Under the pieces are notes generated by a model. It did not search any database. It saw only the letters and a program-made list of their open reading frames with translations, and had not been told where the DNA came from. Below, piece after piece: positions 19,903 through 29,000 of a stretch of DNA of 64,000 bases. The DNA lies in NCBI GenBank assembly GCA_043810775.1, contig JBDRNU010000015.1, forward strand, positions 96,889 to 160,888, given 5' to 3'. The position numbers and the translations under genes were made by a program. Each line of letters opens with the position of its first letter. Positions within the stretch are counted from its first letter, which is position 1. This DNA comes from an archaeon (lineage in GTDB: Archaea; Nanobdellota; Nanobdellia; Pacearchaeales; GW2011-AR1).

Positions 19903-20934
19903 ATTTTCTAAAACCAGTTCATCTATCCATTTTAATTTTAATAAATAAACAAATATTTCTTCTTCCATTCTAGTAATCTTTTTATTAATTTCTATATTTC
20001 TCAAAACAATTTCTTCAAATCTTTTTTTCCCAATTATTTGTTTGATGAGGGGGTATGTAGATTTTTTAAATATTATTTTATTAGCCACATCTTCTCCAGA
20101 CATTATAGCATTAAATATACCTTCACCTGTCAAACCAGACGCAAATCCTCCTGCATCTCCAATTAGGAATTTATTTCCAAAGTCATGTCCTTGATAATCA
20201 TAATTTATAATAAATGACTGGAATTGTGAATTGTTTATTTCTATTCTTTTCATACACCATTCATCAAAATTTTTTCTTATTTCAGATATTTTGACACCTA
20301 ATGCTGGTTGTTTAATTTTTTTAGATAAGTCTCCACCAGTTCCAATTGAAACAGAATTTTTGTATGGAAATATCCACAAATAGGCAGGCCCAAATTTTTC
20401 AGGATCTACAAATAATTGTATATCTTTTATTTTAATAGGAGAGATATATTGGAAAGCTTGCAAAAAATTATTAGTTTGTAGACCAAGATATTTTCTTACA
20501 ATTGACTGGCTTCCATCAGCGCCAATTAAATATTTGAACTTAATTTTTTCTTTGTTATTTATTACTAATTTATTTCTGCTAATCTCAGTTACTTTGGAAT
20601 CAAATTTTACATTAGCACCAGATTCTACTGATTGTTTAAGCATCCATTTTCCAAGGTCTTTTCTGTCAATTGTGGCCACAAAAGGTTTATCGAGTTTAAT
20701 CTCCACTTTTTGAGAGGGGGTGTGAACAATCGCTTTTTTGAACTTTCTTTGAATTATATTATTAGGAATTTTTAAATCAAAATCCTTTAATGTCAAACCA
20801 CCAGCACATACTTTATCTCCACAGACTTCCTTTTTTTCTAGAACAAGAACTTTCTTATTATTCTTCGCTAGAATTTCAGCACACCTCAAACCACCTGGCC
20901 CACCCCCTACGATGACCACCTCATATTTTTTCAT
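19897..20934 (-). CDS. Geranylgeranyl-reductase-family FAD oxidoreductase
   Basis: GGGPGG, KVCAGGL, GADG, YLWIFP, GDAGGF..LTGEGI. Confidence 0.8.
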   Translation of the reverse strand: MKKYEVVIVGGGPGGLRCAEILAKNNKKVLVLEKKEVCGDKVCAGGLTLKDFDLKIPNNIIQRKFKKAIVHTPSQKVEIKLDKPFVATIDRKDLGKWMLKQSVESGANVKFDSKVTEISRNKLVINNKEKIKFKYLIGADGSQSIVRKYLGLQTNNFLQAFQYISPIKIKDIQLFVDPEKFGPAYLWIFPYKNSVSIGTGGDLSKKIKQPALGVKISEIRKNFDEWCMKRIEINNSQFQSFIINYDYQGHDFGNKFLIGDAGGFASGLTGEGIFNAIMSGEDVANKIIFKKSTYPLIKQIIGKKRFEEIVLRNIEINKKITRMEEEIFVYLLKLKWIDELVLENL

Positions 20935-21029
20935 TCTTTGAAAAATACTTCATGTTTTATAAATATTGCCTTAAAAAGCTTTAAAAAGCTCTTCCTATAT
21001 AAACTATAATAAAAGCTAAGGAGGTAAAA

Positions 21030-21197
21030 ATGGTTGATTTAATTGTTAAGAGCAAGGTTAAAGAAGCTGCTAAAGGCCTTAGAGTTGCTGGTGATGTTCC
21101 AGATGCTTTAAGCAAGGTAGTAGAAGATATACTTGAAAAAGCAGCTGAAAGAGCCAAAGCTAACAAAAGAGGCACAATAATGACTCAGGATTTGTAA
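21030..21197 (+). CDS. Short histone-fold protein (alpha3-truncated, DUF1931/face-to-face-like), 55 aa
   Basis: Manual translation MVDLIVKSKVKEAAKGLRVAGDVPDALSKVVEDILEKAAERAKANKRGTIMTQDL; SD AAGGAGGT at 21018-21025. Confidence 0.85.
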   Translation: MVDLIVKSKVKEAAKGLRVAGDVPDALSKVVEDILEKAAERAKANKRGTIMTQDL

Positions 21198-21198
21198 A

Positions 21199-21378
21199 AT
21201 GGCAATATTTAGTAAAAAAAAGCCAAGGTTTCCTACACTTGCACTAATTTTATTAGTGGTTGCTGTAGTCTGGTTTTTACAGGAACTTAAATATCTGAAT
21301 ATAGACATACCTTGGTTGCCCTTGATTTTAATTATTGTTGCAGTAGGAATGATTGCAAATAGATATAGCTGTTGTTAG
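21199..21378 (+). CDS. Small two-TM protein (59 aa)
   Basis: Manual translation MAIFSKKKPRFPTLALILLVVAVVWFLQELKYLNIDIPWLPLILIIVAVGMIANRYSCC; starts 1 nt after the histone stop. Confidence 0.7.
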   Translation: MAIFSKKKPRFPTLALILLVVAVVWFLQELKYLNIDIPWLPLILIIVAVGMIANRYSCC

Positions 21379-21379
21379 C

Positions 21380-21400
21380 TTTTTTATTTTTTTTATTTTT
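21380..21400 (+). terminator. Oligo-T archaeal terminator
   Basis: Three consecutive T-runs directly after the 21378 stop. Confidence 0.55.
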
Positions 21401-21815
21401 AAGGAATAATAATTTCTGAAAGATTATAGCTATCATTTCCTTCTTGATATTCTGGAACTAATAATGTTGATCCTCCAAATCTCCTATGGAGGGAAAGGTC
21501 AACATAATCTCTATCACCTATTACAAGTAGTTCATCGTAACTAAGGTTAAAATCTTCAAGAATCTTTGAATAATCTTTAGGAGTCATTTTTAGCTCATAA
21601 AAGCCATCAAATAATGTAAGATTAACTTTGCATGCTTCTAAGTCTTTTTTTAATAAATCTAAGCTAGCATCAGATGATGTAACTACTTTTACATTATTCT
21701 GCCTGCATTTTTGTATAAGCTCTTCCAATCCTTTTCTTGGCGGAAGATTATTTTCAGGATCACCTAAGCATAAAACTGTCCCATAAATATCTAAGGCAAT
21801 TGCTTTTGTTTTCAT
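21399..21815 (-). CDS. HAD-superfamily hydrolase (capless)
   Basis: ALDIYGTV, VTSS, K, VIGDRDYVD. Confidence 0.75.
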   Translation of the reverse strand: MKTKAIALDIYGTVLCLGDPENNLPPRKGLEELIQKCRQNNVKVVTSSDASLDLLKKDLEACKVNLTLFDGFYELKMTPKDYSKILEDFNLSYDELLVIGDRDYVDLSLHRRFGGSTLLVPEYQEGNDSYNLSEIIIP

Positions 21816-21864
21816 AGCAGTATGAATAGCTAATATTTAAAAACATATTTGTCATAAAATATAT

Positions 21865-22470
21865 ATGAAAATCTACTTGTCAAAGTCACAATGGGTGATT
21901 TTTCTTATAAATTTAGTTTACTTAATTGTATTCTCCTATCTTTATTTGCAAAGAGGAAATCTTGAATTTATGATTTATATTGGAGTAATAATTTTATTTT
22001 TTGTTTTAATATTATTAACTAATTATAAAGTCAAGTTCAGCAATGGAATTTTAATTGGCTTGACAATATGGGGAATTATGCATATGTCTGGCGGATATTT
22101 TAAAGCTGGGGAAGGAGTTTTATATGGCTTGCAAATAATTCCAATTTACACTGGTATTGAATTTGTAATCTTAAGGTTTGACCAGCTTGTTCATGCCATT
22201 GGTTTTGGAGTTGCAACTTTAGTTGCTTTTAATCTTATCAAACCATACTTGAATAAAGAAAAAGTTAACTGGAAAGTTCTATCCTGCCTTGTAGTTTTAA
22301 TGGGTATGGGGATAGGTGCTCTAAATGAGATAATTGAGTTTATTACAGTTGTTTTATTGCCTCAAACAGGTGTTGGTGGTTATTATAATACTATGCTTGA
22401 TATTTGCTTTAATACCTTTGGAGCCATTATTGCTGTTATCTGGATTAATTTTAGAGAGAGAAAAGTTTAA
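21865..22470 (+). CDS. DUF2238-like membrane protein
   Basis: Multiple TMs; HMSGG, FDQLVH, NEIIEF, NTMLD. Confidence 0.65.
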   Translation: MKIYLSKSQWVIFLINLVYLIVFSYLYLQRGNLEFMIYIGVIILFFVLILLTNYKVKFSNGILIGLTIWGIMHMSGGYFKAGEGVLYGLQIIPIYTGIEFVILRFDQLVHAIGFGVATLVAFNLIKPYLNKEKVNWKVLSCLVVLMGMGIGALNEIIEFITVVLLPQTGVGGYYNTMLDICFNTFGAIIAVIWINFRERKV

Positions 22471-23111
22471 GCTTTCTTAACAATTTCTAAAAATTCTTTA
22501 ACTTTTTTCAAGTCTTTTATTCCTATAGATTTATCTAACTTAGTGCATACATCAACACCATATGGCTTTACTATCTTAATAGCTTCAATTACATTGCCAG
22601 GATGTAATCCTCCTGCAAGGAAAACTGGTTTTTTACATTGCTTGACAATCTCCTTGCTAATATTCCAATCATGAGTTTTCCCTGTTCCGCCCAGCTGATT
22701 TTTGAATTTAGTATCAAGTAGTATAATATCTGCAATTTTACTATAATTTATGGCTTTTTTTATTGCAGATTTGTCTATAACATTTACAGATTTGACCATT
22801 TTAGTATAAAAAAGAGATTCTTTTATTTTAGTCAAATCTTTTAAGCTAAAATCATGAATAATCTGAACATGGCTTGGCTTTAGTTCATTGCAAGTTTTTA
22901 TCACTACATTAGGATTTTTAGAAAAAATCAAAGTAAATATCCATACTTTTCCAGAGAATTTTTTGATTATTAGTTTAGCTCTTTTTTTGAGTATTCTAAC
23001 TGGTTTTATTGGAACATCTAAAAGAATTCCTATAGCATCAGCTCCATTATCTATTGCAAATTCAGCATCCTTTATTCTAGTTATCCCACATATTTTGACT
23101 TTTAATGCCAT
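22467..23111 (-). CDS. trpF: Phosphoribosylanthranilate isomerase
   Basis: VKICGIT, LLDT..GGTGKTHDW, FLAGGL.P.NV, PYGVDV. Confidence 0.9.
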   Translation of the reverse strand: MALKVKICGITRIKDAEFAIDNGADAIGILLDVPIKPVRILKKRAKLIIKKFSGKVWIFTLIFSKNPNVVIKTCNELKPSHVQIIHDFSLKDLTKIKESLFYTKMVKSVNVIDKSAIKKAINYSKIADIILLDTKFKNQLGGTGKTHDWNISKEIVKQCKKPVFLAGGLHPGNVIEAIKIVKPYGVDVCTKLDKSIGIKDLKKVKEFLEIVKKA

Positions 23112-23169
23112 TTTAAATATAGTCTAGATAGTTTTATATACTTTTTCTGAAATCTAAAATAATAGTAAA

Positions 23170-23556
23170 ATGGGAAACAAAGAAAAAGGGGCTAATGCTG
23201 AACGCGAGTTATATAAGATGTTTATTGACAATAACTATCGTGCTGTCCGTGTAGCTGGCTCTGGAGTAATGGAAAATGCAGACTGCGATTTACTAGCGGG
23301 CAAGAAAGGAAGAAAATACTGTATTGAAATTAAAGCAAGCAAAAAACCAGTTAAATATATTACAAAAGAGCAGATTGAGAGTTTTATGATTTTTTCTGAA
23401 ATCTTTAAACTTACACCTATAATTGCCCTAAGATTTAATAGGGAGGGATGGTTTTTCTTGCATCCTAAAAATCTGCGAGATTCTGGCAAGAACTGGGTAA
23501 TAAGTCTTGAAGAAGCAAAGAATAAGGGGAAGCGCTTTTCCCAGGCTTTTAGTTAA
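23170..23556 (+). CDS. hjc: Holliday junction resolvase
   Basis: KGANAEREL, RVAGSG, DLLAG..IEIKAS. Confidence 0.92.
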   Translation: MGNKEKGANAERELYKMFIDNNYRAVRVAGSGVMENADCDLLAGKKGRKYCIEIKASKKPVKYITKEQIESFMIFSEIFKLTPIIALRFNREGWFFLHPKNLRDSGKNWVISLEEAKNKGKRFSQAFS

Positions 23557-23586
23557 ATTTATATGTTTTTAGTTCTTGGGATTTTT

Positions 23587-23997
23587 ATGAAGATAGTCTT
23601 AATTGCGTGTGCAAGTAGGAAATATAGCACTAAAGCAAAAGCAAAAAATCTCTATATAAGCCCTCTTTTTAAGCTAGGTATGAAATATGCTCACACTCTA
23701 AATCCAGATAAAATTTTTATTTTATCTGCAAAATATGGGCTTCTAAACCCTGAAACTGAAATTGAACCTTATAATTTAACTTTAAATAAAATGCCAAAAA
23801 TCCAAAGAGAAATCTGGGCAAAAGAAGTTTTAGGAAAGCTAGGTGAAGAATCTAATATTAAAAATGACGAATTTATATTCTTAGCAGGTCAAAGATATCG
23901 CGAATATCTTATTCCTCATTTAACTGATTATGAAGTTCCTATGCAAGGTCTAGGCATAGGTAAGCAACTTAAATTCCTTACAGAAAGACTAAAATGA
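23587..23997 (+). CDS. DUF6884-like protein
   Basis: MKIVLIACASRK..A..LY.SPLF..YA..IFILSAKYGL..IEPYN.TL..LAG..Y..GLGIGKQ; ORF track starts at 23563, ATG 23587 preferred. Confidence 0.75.
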   Translation: MKIVLIACASRKYSTKAKAKNLYISPLFKLGMKYAHTLNPDKIFILSAKYGLLNPETEIEPYNLTLNKMPKIQREIWAKEVLGKLGEESNIKNDEFIFLAGQRYREYLIPHLTDYEVPMQGLGIGKQLKFLTERLK

Positions 23998-24404
23998 AAA
24001 TTTATATTGCAGGACCATTATTTACTGTTTCAGACAGGAAATTTCTTGAAGAAATTGATAAGCTAGTAAAAGAATTAGGATTTGAAACTTATCTACCTCA
24101 TAGAGATGGAGGCATTTTTAAAAGAAGCTTTGGAAATAGTGAGATTTTCTTTAAAAAAGATTCAGAAGCGATTAATAATCTTAATATCATATTAGCTGTT
24201 CTTAATGGAACAGATGTTGATTCTGGAACAGCCTGGGAAATTGGATATGCTTATTCTAAAGGAATCAAAATCATTGGCTTTTTAGATGACACCAGGAAAC
24301 CTTCAAGTGATTTGCTAAATCCAATGATATATAATTCATTGGCAAAGATATTTAGCAATTTAGAAGAATTAAAAAAATACTTTTTAGAGTTAAAAAATGA
24401 GTAA
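23994..24404 (+). CDS. Nucleoside 2-deoxyribosyltransferase/N-glycosidase (NDT) family
   Basis: IYIAGPLF, YLPHRD, DVDSGTAWEIGYAY with the catalytic Glu. Confidence 0.88.
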   Translation: MKIYIAGPLFTVSDRKFLEEIDKLVKELGFETYLPHRDGGIFKRSFGNSEIFFKKDSEAINNLNIILAVLNGTDVDSGTAWEIGYAYSKGIKIIGFLDDTRKPSSDLLNPMIYNSLAKIFSNLEELKKYFLELKNE

Positions 24405-25032
24405 AGAATGTGAATCTATACATAAAATATTTAATAGTATGAAAGTTTACAACTTTCCTTTTAATACTGGGGAAATTCCTCTTAATGGGATTTATGTTTT
24501 ATTTGAAAAAGGAGAAAAAGCTCACAGATATAATAGAATAGTTCGTGTTGGAAGTCATACTGGTAAGAACCAATTAAGATCAAGACTAAATCAACACTTT
24601 ATTAATGAAAATAAAGATAGGAGTATATTCAGAAAAAATATTGGAAGAGCCTTGTTAAATAAGGAAAAAGATCCTTATCTTAAAATTTGGGAACTAGACT
24701 TAACTACTAGAAAAGCTAAAGATAAACTTTCTAACTTGGTTGATAAAGAAAAGCAGCAGAAAATAGAAAAACAAGTAACTAAGTATATTCAAGATAATTT
24801 TAATTTTATAGTATTATCTGTAGATAACAAAGAAAAAAGATTAGAATTTGAATCTAAAATAATATCTACTGTTTCTTTATGTAAAGATTGTAAAGCATCT
24901 AATGATTGGTTAGGTTTAAGCTCTCCAAAACAAAAAATAAGACAAAGTGGACTCTGGCTTGTTAATGAGTTATACAAGCAGCCCTTAAATGAAGAGGAAA
25001 TAATTCAGATTCAGAGTATATTAAATATTTAG
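24397..25032 (+). CDS. GIY-YIG superfamily nuclease
   Basis: GIYVLFE..IVRVG..LRSRLNQH..LEFESKII. Confidence 0.7.
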   Translation: MSKECESIHKIFNSMKVYNFPFNTGEIPLNGIYVLFEKGEKAHRYNRIVRVGSHTGKNQLRSRLNQHFINENKDRSIFRKNIGRALLNKEKDPYLKIWELDLTTRKAKDKLSNLVDKEKQQKIEKQVTKYIQDNFNFIVLSVDNKEKRLEFESKIISTVSLCKDCKASNDWLGLSSPKQKIRQSGLWLVNELYKQPLNEEEIIQIQSILNI

Positions 25033-25296
25033 AATTTTAAACTCAGTAAATCCTTGAAACTTTTCATCTATCTCATCAAGCCTTCTTATCTGCCCGTGCG
25101 GAGGCCCTTTTTTACATATTTCAATCATCTGGTCCACATTCTTGCCATCTCCTTCTATCCAAGCTTCCACCTTCCCATCTTCTAAATTACGGACATGACC
25201 TTTAATTTTTAGCCTATCAGCCTGTTCTTTAATAAATCCTCTAAAAAACACTCCTTGTACACTTCCTGAAATTATGACTTTTACTGCTTTTTTCAT
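25021..25296 (-). CDS. acyP: Acylphosphatase
   Basis: GSVQGVFFR, GHVRNLEDGKVE, GPP. Confidence 0.93.
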   Translation of the reverse strand: MKKAVKVIISGSVQGVFFRGFIKEQADRLKIKGHVRNLEDGKVEAWIEGDGKNVDQMIEICKKGPPHGQIRRLDEIDEKFQGFTEFKILNI

Positions 25297-25399
25297 GGTT
25301 TAGATATGAAAATTAGGTTATTAAAAGTTATGGACTATTCTTTACTGATTTATAATAGGAAAAATTTACATTAATGATTAATTTTAAGCTTAAAAATAG

Positions 25400-25981
25400 C
25401 TAAACTTCTCTTCTATCTAACTCATTATTTAAAATGGTTATTGATTGGGATGCAAAATAAGTTCTTTTCCCCAGAGAAACTAATTTATTTTCTTTTTTAA
25501 GCCTCTTTAAGTCATGTTTATCAAGTCCGTCATGGTCACCAAGCAGAAATACTGCATTTTCTTGAATTTCAGCTTTCCTTATATCTTCTCCTCTTGAGTC
25601 CAGAACATAAATTTCTTTTCCATCATCTTTTAATTCATCAATAAGTTTCATTAAACTCTTCTTTTCAATAAAAAACCCTTTCCAAACCTCAAATTTTCTA
25701 CCTTTTTTATACTTATAGAGCATTCTTTTTATCAAGCCAGAAATATCTTTTTTGCTTATTTCTAAGCTAGAATCAAGACCAGCCTGCATTTCTAGGTGTT
25801 TAGGTGGATCAGGAGCCCCATAAAATACTAAATGGAGCTTTGCATCTTCCCTCACTTTATGTGATAAAAAAAGAGAATTAATAATAACATGGCAAACTAT
25901 ATCCATTCTGCCAGCTTGCATTAAATCTGTCCAGTTTCCGCTAGTTCTTGCTTTTTTTGAAAAATAAATAAACTCTCTCAT
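25400..25981 (-). CDS. trmY: tRNA pseudouridine(54)-N1-methyltransferase (SPOUT)
   Basis: AGRMDIVC, FLSHKVR, FLLGDHDG, SLG..YFASQ, NELDR. Confidence 0.85.
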   Translation of the reverse strand: MREFIYFSKKARTSGNWTDLMQAGRMDIVCHVIINSLFLSHKVREDAKLHLVFYGAPDPPKHLEMQAGLDSSLEISKKDISGLIKRMLYKYKKGRKFEVWKGFFIEKKSLMKLIDELKDDGKEIYVLDSRGEDIRKAEIQENAVFLLGDHDGLDKHDLKRLKKENKLVSLGKRTYFASQSITILNNELDRREV

Positions 25982-26011
25982 TAACTAAAGAAATAATAAC
26001 CTTATATAAAT

Positions 26012-26272
26012 TTAAGCTGCCTCTTCTTGTAATTTTGAAACAATCCCATTCTCACTTACAAATATTTGAGCTATTTTTCCTTCAACAGGGCATATATCAT
26101 GAGTAGGTGGGCCTTGTCTACTAGAAAATTCTAACTTTTTTTGACCATAAGGGCATATAATTTTATTAATACAATATACAATACCAGAATCCTCGCTTTC
26201 CTTAGCATGGCTACAATAATTTCCCCCTTTTTCTTTCAAGTCTTCAAAATGTTTAGTTATTGTTTGATTCAT
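26012..26272 (-). CDS. Small hypothetical protein with 4 Cys
   Basis: 86 aa ORF filling the gap between co-oriented genes; TATA-like element upstream. Confidence 0.5.
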   Translation of the reverse strand: MNQTITKHFEDLKEKGGNYCSHAKESEDSGIVYCINKIICPYGQKKLEFSSRQGPPTHDICPVEGKIAQIFVSENGIVSKLQEEAA

Positions 26273-26334
26273 TGTAATAACTTGATATTCAGTATCTTTT
26301 TAAATCTTTCCATTGTTATTACTAATAAGTAACA

Positions 26335-27177
26335 CTAATTTAGTACAAATTTGGGCTTATTTGCTTCATATATTCCAATAAATACCTCCTTTGAAAATAC
26401 CGCCACCATCCCTTCTCCAAATTCCCCCTTGATCATTTCTTTATGAATAGGGCTTCCATTATATAGCTTGTCTAAAGCATCTTTTTTGACTTGAACTACT
26501 GGCAGAATTTCACTTATAATTTCAGCTGGAATTAAAATCTCACGCAATTTTTCTTCACTCCCTTTTTTATATTCCTCAACAGCTTCTTTAAATTTGTAAA
26601 GATTAACTGAATCTTTTTCATCAAATATACTTGCTTTAGTTCTTCTTAGCTCTAGCATATGTGCTCCATCAATATTTTTTCCTAAATCATGAATAAGTTT
26701 CCTGATATAAGTTCCAGCTTGCACTTCAGTTTCAAATAAAAAATCTCTTCCATCTTGCTCAAGTATTTTAAAGGTAAAAATCTCTCTTTCTCTTTCTTGT
26801 CTCTTAACCCTTGATTTAACAGGTGGCTTCTGAATTATCTTGCCAGTGAATTTACTTAATTCTTTTTTTAAATCCCCCATATCTATTTCTTTATGAATCC
26901 TCATTATTCCAATATAGCTTTTATTTTTATGCATAAAATACTGCTGCAATCTTGAAGCTCTATTTAGTGCTATGGGTAAAACTCCAGTAACTTTAGGATC
27001 TAAAGTTCCAAAGTGGGTAGTTTTTCTCAAGCCAAGCTCTTTTCTAAGATAATCATCAACTTTAAAACTAGTGGGTCCAGAAGGCTTATCTATATTTATT
27101 ATAGAAAACTCTAATAATTCTTTTATTGATTTCTGCTTTTTTATTTTCTCAATATTCATAGCTTCTCTAGGCAACAA
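26335..27177 (-). CDS. cbf5: Cbf5/TruB pseudouridine synthase with shortened PUA domain
   Basis: NIDKPSGPTS, HFGTLDPKVTGVLP, GTYIRKL, HMLELRRT; true start possibly 27159. Confidence 0.88.
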   Translation of the reverse strand: MLPREAMNIEKIKKQKSIKELLEFSIINIDKPSGPTSFKVDDYLRKELGLRKTTHFGTLDPKVTGVLPIALNRASRLQQYFMHKNKSYIGIMRIHKEIDMGDLKKELSKFTGKIIQKPPVKSRVKRQEREREIFTFKILEQDGRDFLFETEVQAGTYIRKLIHDLGKNIDGAHMLELRRTKASIFDEKDSVNLYKFKEAVEEYKKGSEEKLREILIPAEIISEILPVVQVKKDALDKLYNGSPIHKEMIKGEFGEGMVAVFSKEVFIGIYEANKPKFVLN

Positions 27178-27209
27178 ATCTTTATAAATTTTTAATAAAT
27201 TGATTTATA

Positions 27210-28979
27210 ATGTGTGGAATAATAGGATACTGGAATCTTGAAAAAGAGGCTTTTCCCATACTTATAGAATCTTTAAAAAAACTAGAATATAGGGGTTATG
27301 ATAGTTTTGGATTTGCACTAGTTTCAGATAATACTTTGCTTTTAGAAAAGGAAATAGGAAAAGTTAGTGAATCAAAATGCAAAGTTCTTCCTGGAAAAAT
27401 AGGTTTTGGGCACACTAGATGGGCGACACATGGAGCAGTTACAGAAAAAAATGCTCACCCACATGTTGATTGCAATAGGAAAATTGCAGTAGTTCATAAT
27501 GGTATAATTGAAAACTATCAAGAAATCAGGAATGCTCTGGAAAAAAATCATAAACTACTAAGTGAAACAGACACAGAGCTTATAGCTCATTTAATTGAAG
27601 AAAGCCTAGCTCTTGGGTTGACTTTTAAAGACTCTGTAATTAAAGTTTCAAATATATTTAAGGGAAGGAACGCATTTATAGCTCTTAATTCTCAATCAGG
27701 TGAAATGATAGGATTTAGAAATGGTTCGCCTTTAATTATTGGAATCAATAATCTAACTAAAGAAGTATTCATATCTTCAGATATTCAAGGATTTATTCAC
27801 CATACTAAAGATATAATGTATCTAGATGATAATCAGATTGTATTAATAAAGCAAGAGCCAGAATTTTTTGATACTAAATCTGGCAATCAAATTCAGAAAA
27901 GATTGATTAAAATTGATTTAGATATAGAGCAAGCTGAAAAGGGAGATTATACTCACTTTATGTTAAAAGAAATAATGGAACAAAAAGAAACTTTGATCAG
28001 AGCAATAAATCAGGATGATTACGAGTTAATGCATGTTGCTTCTGAAATTAATAATGCTAGAGGAGTATTTTTTATTGGATGTGGAACAGCAGCTAAAGTA
28101 TGTCAAGAAGCAGAGTATATTTTCTCAAAAGTAGCAGATAGGCACGTAAACTATATCCAAGCTTCAGAATTTGAAAATTATAAGCATTTTCTTCTTCCCG
28201 AAACTCTAATTATTGCTGTATCTCAAAGTGGGGAAACAGCTGATGTTCTTGACGCTTTAAAAGTTGCTAAAGAAAAAGGCTGCAAAATAATTTCAATATT
28301 AAATGTCCCTGAATCTTCAATGTCCAGAATTTCTGATTATACTTTTTTAATTAATGCAGGCCCAGAAAAAGCAGTAGCTTCAACTAAAGCCACAACTGCC
28401 CAAATTGCAGTAGTTATACTTTTAGCTTATGCAAGCGCAGGAAAATTAAGAGAAGGTGATAGGTTACTAGTTGATTTAGCTGGAAAAGTAAATGATATGT
28501 TAAATCCTCGTTATATCGAACATATTAAGAGACTAGCTGAAAAAATATATCAAAAACCAAATATCTTAATTATCGGGCGCGGTCTTAATTATCCAATGGC
28601 TTTAGAGTCAGCAATTAAAATAATGGAAATAAGTTATGCCCATGCGCAGGGATTTGCAGGCGGCGAGCTTAAACATGGCCCTATAGCTTTAATTGAAAAA
28701 GAAACTCCAGTTATAGCTCTAGTTTCAAATGATGAGGTTAAAGAAGAGATAATTAGTAATGCTATGGAAGTTAAATCAAGAGGAGCATATGTTATAGGGA
28801 TTGCTCCTGAAAATAATGAGGTTTTTGACTATTGGCTTAAAACTCCGGATGTATCTCCAATTGGTTCACCAATTGTTAATATAATTCCAGTTCAGTTATT
28901 GTCTTACTATCTTGGTATTTTTAGGGGGCACGATGTTGACTATCCTAGATCTTTAGCCAAAAGCGTAACAGTTAAATAA
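27210..28979 (+). CDS. glmS: Glutamine-fructose-6-phosphate aminotransferase
   Basis: MCGIIG, GHTRWATHG, SQSGETAD, VASTK, GELKHGP, PRSLAKSVTV. Confidence 0.97.
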   Translation: MCGIIGYWNLEKEAFPILIESLKKLEYRGYDSFGFALVSDNTLLLEKEIGKVSESKCKVLPGKIGFGHTRWATHGAVTEKNAHPHVDCNRKIAVVHNGIIENYQEIRNALEKNHKLLSETDTELIAHLIEESLALGLTFKDSVIKVSNIFKGRNAFIALNSQSGEMIGFRNGSPLIIGINNLTKEVFISSDIQGFIHHTKDIMYLDDNQIVLIKQEPEFFDTKSGNQIQKRLIKIDLDIEQAEKGDYTHFMLKEIMEQKETLIRAINQDDYELMHVASEINNARGVFFIGCGTAAKVCQEAEYIFSKVADRHVNYIQASEFENYKHFLLPETLIIAVSQSGETADVLDALKVAKEKGCKIISILNVPESSMSRISDYTFLINAGPEKAVASTKATTAQIAVVILLAYASAGKLREGDRLLVDLAGKVNDMLNPRYIEHIKRLAEKIYQKPNILIIGRGLNYPMALESAIKIMEISYAHAQGFAGGELKHGPIALIEKETPVIALVSNDEVKEEIISNAMEVKSRGAYVIGIAPENNEVFDYWLKTPDVSPIGSPIVNIIPVQLLSYYLGIFRGHDVDYPRSLAKSVTVK

Positions 28980-29000
28980 TCTATTTTCAAAGAATAATTA

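Noticed and set aside
20981..21308. Minus-strand ORFs 20981..21175 and 21108..21308
   Set aside because: Antisense to the histone and small TM genes, which have an SD and sensible products
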